Positions 48,801-58,548 of a DNA stretch of 64,000 nucleotides are shown in pieces. Positions within the stretch are counted from its first letter, which is position 1, and each line of letters opens with the position of its first letter. The stretch lies in assembly GCA_000708835.1 (NCBI GenBank), contig DF237479.1, positions 1 through 64,000 on the forward strand, read 5' to 3'. The translations under genes and the position numbers were made by a program. The stretch is from Klebsormidium nitens (lineage: Eukaryota; Plantae; Klebsormidiophyceae). The notes below the pieces were generated by a model. It ran no database searches. It was not told the origin of the DNA and saw only the letters and a list, made by a program, of their open reading frames with translations.

Positions 48801-51800
48801 AGTATTGGCTTGATCTACTACTGGATCCGGGGGCAGGCGATCATCAAACTTTACGTCGTCTTCAACGTGCTCGAGGTGAGGGTCTCAACGGTGCTTGAAA
48901 GATCAAGCTCTATCCTTGTGGCCAGATTGTGAGGAAGCATGAGTCGAATCTCAGTCGGTCGATGCATTCAGTGGATATCAGCTTCATTTACCATTGAAAC
49001 CGGGGGCAAGCAAGTTTTACGCTGTAAGTTGTCTTGAACGTGCTCGAGGTAGGTATTTCGACATTTCAAGCTTTTAGGTTTTTGTTAACTTTTTACGTTC
49101 CTTGTCAAGTTTGAGTTATGCTTGGTCCATGCTTTTGGTGAACCGTCAGCTTTCCGGGGCGGCAACTAGGGTCACAGATTCGAGCAATGTTTTTGAGAAC
49201 AACCGTTGTTTATCTAGCAATCGGCAACGTAGTTGATATGTTCGTTTGGTTTTCCAATAAGAGAACAGAAAGAGCTTTTCAAAAACATACTTGGTTCTCA
49301 ATTTGACCCCCACCTCGAGATAATAAACATCAATAAACATGTTTAAAACATCAAAAACGGTTTGTACATATGGTCGGGCGAAGCCACGTTTTCTGGGGAT
49401 CAATAAACATCAAAAACAAACATGTTCATGGTTTAAAAACTCGTTTAAAACATGTTTTTCGGGTTTAAAACGTGTTTTACGGGTTTATTTCCATGTTTTA
49501 AACAACCAAAAGCCACGGTAGAATCCCAGCCGACCACATGTACGCTCAAAACATGAGTTGCCGCCCCCACTGGATCAGGGGGTAGGCAATCATCAAGCTT
49601 TACGTCGTTTTCAACGTGTTTGAGGTAGGGGCCTTGAAGCTTCTGGGAGTTGTGTCGAGCTTTTAGGTCACTTGTCAAGCTCCTTGGTTCCGAGTCAAGC
49701 TTTTGAGTTTCGTGTCAGGCTTCAAGATTTTGTATTGGTTTTTAGGATCTCAACGCAGTGGGTCAAATCCCAGCTTCATTTACCACAGGGTTTGTGGTCC
49801 TTCGGCAACCCTCAAACTCTATACATGTTCACCGTGCTCGAGGTGGGGTCTCAAAGGTTCAATACTTTAAGGTTTCCCATCGGAATGTAGAACCTTTCTC
49901 AATCCAAGCATCTGGTCCAAAACCAGCTTCTGCTGCTTCTGTGTTCGGGGACGAACGGTCCCTGCGTACCAACCCCAGGGTTCCGAGACTTCAACTTCCT
50001 ACCCGCTCAGAACGCTGAAAGTCGAAGACCCACTCATTGCAGATCATGGACAAGCTGCCGTAGTTGTTCAGCGCTGACGTCGTCCAAGTGCAGTTCAACA
50101 CCGGGGGGCGCATTAACCCCACAATCTCGGAAACACCGAACTCCCATTCGCTCACCCCTTAATCTAGCCCAACCTCGAACCCGCCAAACCGTAAAACTGA
50201 GTTTCGCAAACCTAATCTTTGCAGATCATGGACAAGCTGCTCCAGTCGTTTGGCGCTGCGTTTTAAGTGCTTTTGAAACGGCCAGCTGCGTCAGCCCCGA
50301 TTTTAAACATCCCCATCTATCCCTCAAGAATCCTGAAACCCTAGAGTCCCACAATTGTAGGACTGAAGTGTGCAAACTCTTGTTTGCAGATCATGAACAA
50401 GCTGCTCCAGTTGTTTGGCGCTGACGTGGTCCAGGTGTTGTTCAATGCAATCGGCCATTTCAGCTCCCAGATCTTTTTGATTAGAGAGCAAATTTGCATC
50501 GCTCGAAATCCTGACTGCCGACAACCCCCCCATTGCAGATCATGGCCAAGTTGCTGCAGTCGTTTGGCGCTGACGTCCTTCAGGTGCTCTTTAAAACGTC
50601 ACCCGCGTCAGCCCCAAAATCTGGGAGATATCAAACTTATCCCCGCTGAAGCCTAACTTCATAAAATAAAACCTCAAACCTTGAACTAAAATAATATTCT
50701 CTCTGAACCTGCTATTTTCGCAGATCATGGACAAGCTGCTGCAGTCGTTCGGTGCTGACGTCCTCCAGGTGCTGTTCAACACGGCCGGCCGCGTCAGCCT
50801 GTGCAGCGCAGAGCGCCTCCCCGCCGAGACCGCGCGCCTGCTGCTGGACCAAGGCGTCGCGACCGCCTGCTATGATATCCTCCCTGCCACGTGGCAAGCT
50901 GTCGCGTCGCTTGAGTGATGCGTCGGCAAATCTTTCGGCAGGACAATTGCGGCAGCGTTTCAAGTGCTTCTGACGAAGCTTGCATGTGTGGATCCGACTG
51001 ACGACTGCCGATAGCCCTCAGGAAAGTTCCGTCCCGTCTGTCCCGTAAGGTGTCCCGCAAGCGTCCTGTTGCGGCCCCCCAGAAGAGCTCTTGTATATTC
51101 TGGCCACTGATAATGATATGTCGTGCCCATTCGATCTATGGGGTTCCCCGTTCCTCCCCGTTCCTTGTTTTGTTCCTCAACCCCACCGCACTGGTGCACG
51201 CGCTAACATCATGTCGCAGGCAGTGACGTTCTTAGCCTAGAAAGACTCCTCCCTGTTGCTCGTTCAGTTTTTCCGTCCCTACCCCAAGTCTTCCTCTTGG
51301 ATATTCTGCCTTTCCTTGACTCCCGCCGCATTGGTGCAGTTGCCGATTATCATGTCACAAGCCGTTCTGCTCAACATAGCCCAGAAACGCTTTTTGAATT
51401 CCTTTCTCAATTTCTTCAAAGATTTCCGCACCCCTCCCCTGGTTTTCGTGCCCTTCCTTGAACCCCGCTGCACTGGTGCACTCGCTGTTGATCACATCCT
51501 AGGCGTTGAAGCTCAATCTAGCGCCCAAGAACACTCCTTTCTTCCCCATAAACCCATAACACAGTCCTTTTCTTCGCTCTCTTCTGCAATATCAAGGTTT
51601 TCATTCCTCCACAAAGACTCTCGTGCCGTTCCTTGACCCCCGCCGCACTGGTGCACTCGCTGATCATCATGTCGCAGGCGGTGACGCTGAACGTGGCCAT
51701 CAACAGCCACAACAACGCGCTGCTGACGCTGCTCATCTCCAACAACTTCGTCGAGATCAAGAGCAACGTCTTCAAGCGCCTCGGCAAGGAGAACCTCCAC

Positions 51801-54315
51801 AAGCTCGCCTACCTGGGTGAGCTCACGGTTAAAAATTTCGGTTAAGCATAGGTCAAGCACGGGTCGAGCATGGGTTGAGCACGAGGTCAGCCTGTGTTGA
51901 GCACGGTTTAGGCAAGGTTTACGAATGGGTTGAGACATTCTCTACAAGCTCGCCTACCTGGGGTGAGGAAACGGTCCCGGATCAGGACTGCGCCCAATTT
52001 GAGCCCCGGTTAGGAAGGGTTTGAACCGGGTTTGAGCCCCATTCGGGTCGGGATGGGCGCCCTGTTTGGCCTTCTTTCAGCTCGTTTTTCTGGATGAAGG
52101 AGCCCGGTGAGGGCGACTTTAGGTCCGGTTCACGGGTATTGAAGTTTCTCCTGCGCCCTCTTGGAAAGGGCCAGTCGTTTAGGCAGCTAAAGGCGGCTGG
52201 TTCACGAGTTCGAGCGATCCATGGTGCTTCTGTCGGAAAGATAGACGGAAGCTTCTAGCGGAAGCCAGTTGAGTCGATGCCACTCGTGCAATTGCGCTCT
52301 TTCGCTGAGGAGTCTGCCTTTGTTGGGTCTCGGCTGGATCTGCCCGGACTGTTTCTGCACAAAGTCAAAGTGGTCTTTCGTCCAAACACGAGCAATGCTC
52401 AGAGCGGTCGAAGCCAATTCGAGACGCCAGTCCATCGGTACTTGGATCAGCCGCAGGCGCCTTGAAGCGGCCTTGAGCGAAAGCGCTTACAGGGATGAGT
52501 TCAGGCTTTCAAAGCTCTGAATATTCTCCTTTCTTGACTCCTGCTCTCTCCGAACTTCAGATACTGTCGAGCGGTTCCACATCATGGCGCACCTTCTCTT
52601 CGTACTCGTCCAGAACGTCCTCACGTCCGAAGAGCCCTGGGCCGTCGATCTTGCTCTGGTAAGGATCTGCACCGTTCACGAGCTCTTCCTCTGTGTTCGG
52701 CCACCGTACTGACTCGAGCACTCATGAAAGTCGGTGGTTTGATATCTTGAAGGAGTGGCCGGTGGGTGGATTGAGAGCGTTCTTCCGCTGCGAGCAGTAC
52801 CGAAGAGCTGGGTAACGTTCGCCGAAAGCAGCCGGGAGGAGGCGGGGACGACTGTCGGATACTCTTGAAGAGTCTTTCCGAGCGTATAAGGTGGACAGAG
52901 ACAATCCAACGACTTTTCCTGGTGTTCTCGTTGAAGTCTGTGAGAGAGCGCAGGCTCAGAAACCATAAGAGGCGCTTGAATCTTGCCGGCGCTCCGAGTT
53001 ACCACAGGCCTTCGGCGCACTCTCTTGACGCTCTTCTCAACTTCTCCCCGCAGAACGCGCTGATGATCGTGGTGTGCGAGGTCCTGGTTGACGTCATCAA
53101 GCACGCGTTCCTGGCCAAGTTCAACGAGATGAAGCCCGCCGTCTATGGCGGCTTCCTGCAGAGCCTCTGCTGGCAGGTCGGGCCCCGCTGCAAACTTTTC
53201 GAATCATTTCTTCTGGTTCAGGAGCTTGAGTCGGTCGAAGACGGGGCCTCTGTACTGTGAGGTCGCGCGCCATGCGGACCTCGCTTGTTCGCATCCACAC
53301 GGGTTGTCCAATCAGTAGACTAGTTGCTTCTTGCATTCCTTCTCAACCCGGAGCTCGATTGCTGGAGTCTCGCTTTAGGTTGGACCCTCCGAGGCTCCCT
53401 TTCCTTTCTTCTGGCTTTGTCTGACAGCGCGGTCCTCTTCCGTGCAGACGGTACAAAGCGGTTCACACCAAGTGCACAAGACGCTGTCGTTCGTGCCCTT
53501 GGCACCAGCGTGCGTGGTGAGTGTGAACGCGCCCCTGAAACCTGGTCATTATCCGTAGGTTCGCGCCCCACCAGATTCGGAGCTCAAAAAAGTTCATGAG
53601 GAAAAGAGCTGAATTTTCTTCAGCTCACAGGAAAGATTGACCGGAAGTTGAAAATCCTCTTCGAGGGCCTTGAAGCGATCTTCCTCTCTGCTCAAGTCGG
53701 CTGTCGCCAAAGACTGCTCGTCCAATCCCTTCTCAAGACGTATACTGCTTTTACCAGTGTGGGCGTAACTATCACGAAGCCCGGAAGCCCGACTCACCCT
53801 TTCCAGAACCCCGCCATTGAAGGAAAAGTACGTTCGACCGACAAGTTTATCCACAAAGAGCGCGGTTAAACGTTGCGCAGAAGGCTAGATTAGCTGCGCA
53901 CCAACGAGAGAGGCCCTTCTTACTCCAAATGATGCAGTGAACTCTAACCTTACTGAGCAACATGAAGATCTTGACGGGACGAGTTGGGTTAATTAGGGAT
54001 ATGGGGTGGGTGTAGGCGCGCACCGATTAAGCTTTTATTTTCGGTTTTTCCACAGGTTGAGGGTATCTTGTTCGCTCATTCAAAAAGTACGCCCTTTCTC
54101 CGCAGGTTGTACGGGTTGTCTCGCCCCTCCTCCCCAAGATTCTCCCGGCAGGGCCCCCCTGGCTGACGGCCCTCCTAGCCATGCTCGTGTGCGTGTGCAG
54201 CATAGCGGTGCTGACGCTCTCAAAAGTAGTGCTAGGACTGGGCTTACAGATGCACGCACGGTGGTACCTCAATAGGTGCATACAGAAGGGTCTCGCTCAT
54301 CCACATCAGGATTGA
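45826..54315 (+). CDS. TAPT1: TAPT1/POD1 (Eukaryotic membrane protein family, DUF747) ER membrane protein with a long acidic/Ser-rich N-terminus; 10 exons, one intron AT-AC
   Basis: Exons 45826-47002, ~47396-47551, 47962-48068, 48549-48710, 50724-50874, 51649-51816, 52561-52658, 53054-53176, 53448-53516 and 54106-54315. Motifs ERVYNTMFHVPWRVEL, CLDSFL, YHWIRGQAIIKLYVVFNVLE, SHNNALLTLLISNNFVEIKSNVFK, EVLVDVIKHAFLAKFN. Confidence 0.92.
48268..48349 (+). repeat. Three copies of a 27-bp intronic tandem repeat
   Basis: CCGCGACC(G/A)AT(C/T)CAAGTGCAGAGCTTT at 48268, 48295 and 48322. Confidence 0.9.
48635..49850 (+). repeat. Five copies of the TAPT1 exon-4 3' end plus donor
   Basis: ...TTCAACGTG(C/T)T(C/T)GAG|GT(A/G)-like ends at 48710 (real), 48875, 49048, 49624 and 49842. 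Confidence 0.9.
49156..49567. mobile_element. 412-bp AT-rich element with 12-bp terminal inverted repeats, inserted into one echo unit
   Basis: GGGGCGGCAACT (49156-49167) and AGTTGCCGCCCC (49556-49567); interior rich in AAAACATG/CATGTTTT. Removing it reduces the 576-bp echo spacing to 164 bp. No clear TSD. Confidence 0.65.
50030..50790 (+). repeat. Five copies of the TAPT1 exon-5 acceptor plus exon start
   Basis: GCAG|ATCATG(G/A)(A/C)CAAG.TGC... starts at 50043, 50225, 50390, 50539 and 50724 (real). Confidence 0.9.
50875..51648 (+). other. U12-type (minor spliceosome) AT-AC intron in TAPT1
   Basis: 5' site ATATCCTC at 50875, branch site TTCCTTGAC at 51629-51637 and AC at 51647-51648. Splicing gives the uninterrupted ...ATACY-V-VHSLIIMSQAVTLN. 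Reading through gives a stop at 50916-50918, and no GT donor restores the conserved frame. Confidence 0.88.
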
Positions 54316-54899
54316 GAGGCGCCGTTAGACGTTCGGGACGGCGTCACCGGCAACATTGAGATCAGCATTGGTGAACGGTCAGTGTTTACTGAACAGGACA
54401 GTGCAAACGGCGGTTGCTAGAGGCTGAGACACGTACGTTTTTCGCGTGCATAAAACTTACGGAGCCATGCTCGTGCATCTATGCAATGGTGACTGGTACG
54501 ATTACCGGGCGATCGAGCTATATAGGTGCATTGACATGCTAGCTATACCTGGGAGACCGCCATGGTATTTAATCATATGAAGTCCCGCTGCGCTTTGGAT
54601 CTCCAGCTAGCACCAAGCTCTGCATGCTATGATTGCTGCTCGACTTCATTTGAAGACGAGTGCATGTAACATCCGTATGATGGATTTCCAGGCTGGGCAC
54701 TTAAGCAGCTCTCGCACGGACACATCTTGACTGCATGTGATGCACGCAAACGACCATCGAGTCCTGTGCACACTGAACTCCACCATTTCCATGAAGTAGC
54801 AGCAGCACTCTTTCAAAACTGCAATTTGCATGTCAATCAATCTTGATTAAGCACGTCAGAGTGCCTTTGCGTGCATCTCCTATTGGTCGCCCCCTCTCC

Positions 54900-57064
54900 T
54901 TATCGCCCCCGCTTGAGTGCTGGGAAGACCACTGGCACTGGCAGCGTAACCTCGTACCCCGACCCGCTCCCCCCTGCTTCTTTCTGCGCCTTCGTAAGTT
55001 TCCGCACTTTGCACCCCAGCTCTTTGTACCTCGGCACCAACTGCCCCACCGTCATTTGCAGCGCCGCCGCTACGTCCTCGGGATCGCTGCAAAACTGGTC
55101 CACATGCAAAGCCGCCACCAGGATATAAGCGATGGTCAGATCGGCAGACTTTTGCGGGCGCGCGTACTCGGTGCCTCCCCCCCGCCCCGGGAGCTTCGTC
55201 AAAAAGCGTTCCATGAACGTCTCGAGAACGATGACCGGCATCCCGGCTTCTTGTGCGAGCGCTTCGACACCCCGCCCCGCAACGATTTCTTCGCTGTCGG
55301 CCCCCCGCCGACCCGAGCAGAAACGGTTCACTTTCTGGGGGGGCAAACGGTAAAACTCCACCAAATAAGCCAGATACGCCAGGCACTTGATCCGGTCGGC
55401 GCTCCCCCGGGGATCCCCCTCGACCGATAGCTTATGCACCCGCTTCTTGACCAGATCCGAGATATCCCCCCCGAAATACATCTTGAGCGGGCGTTCGGGA
55501 TGCCGGGCGGCTTTCTGGTAAGGCTCCAGATCCAGCGCCTTTTGCACTTCGGGGGGTATGAGGAGTTTGACGGGGTAGACACCGGCGGGTGTGGTGGCCT
55601 CAGGATTGCAGGGGGGGATGAGACGACTCTCCAGTGAGGTGACAGAGCGGGTTGCTTCTTCTCGGGTGGGGACAGCAGCGACGGCAGAGGAGAGCAGGGA
55701 GGTGAGAGCTTTGGGGGCTGCGATTGTATCTTCTTCGACCTGCAGAAAACACTGCTGTGAGAAGAAGCCACTGGACGGAATGCAAGGGTTTCACTGTTGC
55801 AAAGTTTGAAGGGACTGGCTTGCGATGATTGTCAAGTATGACTGCTGAATGCTGATTTGCAAAACTTTCGATGCATGATGAGGATGATGGAGGTGATTAA
55901 AAATTGCGCCACACTTGGGTTGAAGGACTGTTCTTTGAACGAAGAACGCAATCTTCTGAGTCCATAGATAACTTCTCACAAGCTGGGCTGACACACAAGA
56001 CTCCACCGGAAGCTGTCCATTCTCCTCCCCTAAAACAGTCCAGTGTGCATTACCTTTTCTCGTTGCCGTGCGTTCTGTTGGACGCGCGCCTTCCGGCTGC
56101 CAAACGTTTCCACGAGCATCTCCCGCTTTGCGCGGCGCTCCGCCGCAACAGCAGCTTGATCCTTCTCCAGTTCTTCATCTGGGACGGAGGCCGCAGCTTC
56201 GTCGTTTTCGTACTCTAGACCAGGCACTCGTGGCTCCATCCTGAAGACCTGAAAGAATTTGAGAAGATGCAAAGAATCTAAGAAGATGCAAACAGAACCA
56301 GAAAGAATCTGAGAAGATGCAAACTGAACAAGTCTCCATCTCTCGTCAACTGACGCTGCCTGCAGACTTCTCATCATTGAGTTCGGAAAATCAAGGCCCA
56401 AAATTCCATCAGCCTTTGGCAAAGTGGCACTTGACTATTTTAAGCACACAATCTGTTGTTGGAAAAGACCTTCTAAAAGCAACAAAGAGCTTCAGAGAAG
56501 GACTGGGCATTGCATATGTATATGCCGAAAGGTCGACTTGCTCATAGACACTGCCAATCACCCAGGTTACTTTCTTCAACAGAGGGAGCGCAATGTCCAG
56601 ACAACTGGTATTTCAAGCAGAGCGCCCCGCACTGAGCAGCACTCAGTTCAGCAACACTGCCAATCAGCATATGAACCTTTCCGCACCTTGTCGCCACCTA
56701 CAGCCGTTACTTTCAGCGTCCCCTCCACCTTGTTGAACAGACCCACAACATAGCGGCTCCCTTGCTTCGTTGGAAAGTTTGCACCGACATAATCAATCCC
56801 GCTTCCCCTTCCAAGAAGAAGCTGGTGCTTTCCCCTGAACGGGGCCGTACTCCGAAAGGCCTCAAATGTAATTCCTTCTTTCTGATCAGGTGCACTTCCA
56901 TTTTCGGCAGGGTGGTGTGGATTGTCGGGTAAGCCCGCTGGGAAAAAGGCAGCGTAAGGAGCTAGAGAACCCTCCGCTGCAGGGGCATGCTCAATGCTGA
57001 CTTCGAGCCGTCTCTTCTTGGAACTTGATGCAAGCAATTGCGGGACGTCCTTCTCCTTTGCCAT
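54900..57064 (-). CDS. RPA49: RNA polymerase I subunit A49/RPA49 (PAF53)-like; 3 exons
   Basis: Exons 57064-56687, 56248-56054 and 55739-54900. Motifs IDYVGAN, RYVVGLFNK, ETFGSRKAR, IPPCNPEAT..AGVYP, YILVAALHVDQF, YKELGCKV, LPVPVVFP. Confidence 0.85.
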
Positions 57065-57420
57065 CTCCCGCTTGTGCATCACAAACTGCCTCTGTAGACC
57101 GGCAGCGGCGACGGCAGCGGCGACAGTATTTCAGCAAAAGCCCAGACGAGTATCAGCACATCTTATCGTTTTCGTATTTACACAAGTGGTTGCCACGTGA
57201 CAGAAATGCTTGTAAATTCATGAGCGAGTACGACCCTGTTGAAGTTGAAGTACCATAGGTGGTTGCTTCGGACAACCTGATTACCTAAGGCAATGCCGCC
57301 ATGGCCTGTAAATGCAGAACCAGCCTTCAGCCTTCAGGAGTGAACAGAGCTCTTGAAGCCAATGGTAATGGCAACCGGAGACGCCTTACCATTACCGTTT
57401 CTAAGTACGTACCCCTGCTT

Positions 57421-58004
57421 CAGTGTTAAGATTAACTTTTTCAATTGGGAGTCCCGGGACACCTTGGGGTGTGTGACGTGTCATTGGGCGTTTTTTGGAC
57501 ACCCCAGGGATTTCGATTGGGTGTCCCGGGTGTCCCAGCTGAGGACGCCTTTCAAGGCCCATTTTGGCGTCCAGATTGCCTCGGTAGTAGGGACATGCCT
57601 GTCATCGAGTGATCACACCGATTTTAGCCCAGGTGCTCTTTACAGTACGAAGCTCAATCTAATAGTGCTGTAGCCTGTACACCGGCTACGTTGCGTAGCT
57701 AAAGCTGCCCGTCACCATACCGGTAATACTACCGTAACTGGTCAGTGTTAAAACTAAAAAGTCTGATAACATGGAACTTAATCAGGATATATCAGGAAAA
57801 TACCAGATTATGAAGAGAAATCGGCCCCCTGCTCGGTAACAAGGGATTGACTTTGGGATCTCGGTCTGGCAATTGGGTGTCCTTGAGACCCCCTGACTTG
57901 GTCAAATGGGCGTCCTTCGGACACCCTGGCGACCCCCTTCGGGGGCTCGTTTTGGCCATTGGGTGTCACTTTTACATGAGAGGGGACACCCAATCTTAAC
58001 ACTG
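57421..58004. mobile_element. Non-autonomous hAT-family element
   Basis: 13-bp TIR CAGTGTTAAGATT / AATCTTAACACTG with a perfect 8-bp TSD CCCTGCTT (57413-57420 and 58005-58012); subterminal GGACACC/GGTGTCC repeats. Confidence 0.92.
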
Positions 58005-58336
58005 CCCTGCTTCATGATTTTTGTTAGGTACGGTGCTTGACATTCAGTAGCAGCGACGGCCCGGGAGTCGGGACTCGGGAGGACCGTTTTGTCGTGTACC
58101 GNNNNNNNNNNNNNNNNNNNNAGGCCCTAGTCATGCCGACTGAGGACCCTGAGGGCCAGAAGGCCGCCGGGCTGCTCCAAGAAGGAGGACCGTTAGTACA
58201 GTACTGTGAGAGGCTGAGCCTGAGATACATTAGGCCGTCAAGGCCAACAAAAACCTAAGAATCTCATCCCGAATTGGCAGGCCGGCGGCGGGGGTGCCTG
58301 TCACACCTCTGAGCATCATGTGTATGAGTGGCAATA

Positions 58337-58548
58337 CCGTACCGATTGTCCGGTTGGGCAACAATTAAATATTCTTCGACTTGCCCAAAAATCTGAATGT
58401 AAAATAAATTCGAATTACAAATCTGCAAGCCATTTTGCCCCGTACGAAAACAAAATAAATTAGTAAAATGAAGCTGCTCAAATTCCATAGCATACGAAAT
58501 TAATTATTGGGCAAAAATTTGCCCAAGGTGACCGGACAATCGGTACGG
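58337..58548. mobile_element. Tc1/mariner(pogo)-like MITE
   Basis: TIR CCGTACCGATTGTCCGG / CCGGACAATCGGTACGG flanked by TA on both sides (58335-58336 and 58549-58550); internal TTGGGCAA/TTGCCCAA inverted motifs. Confidence 0.8.
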
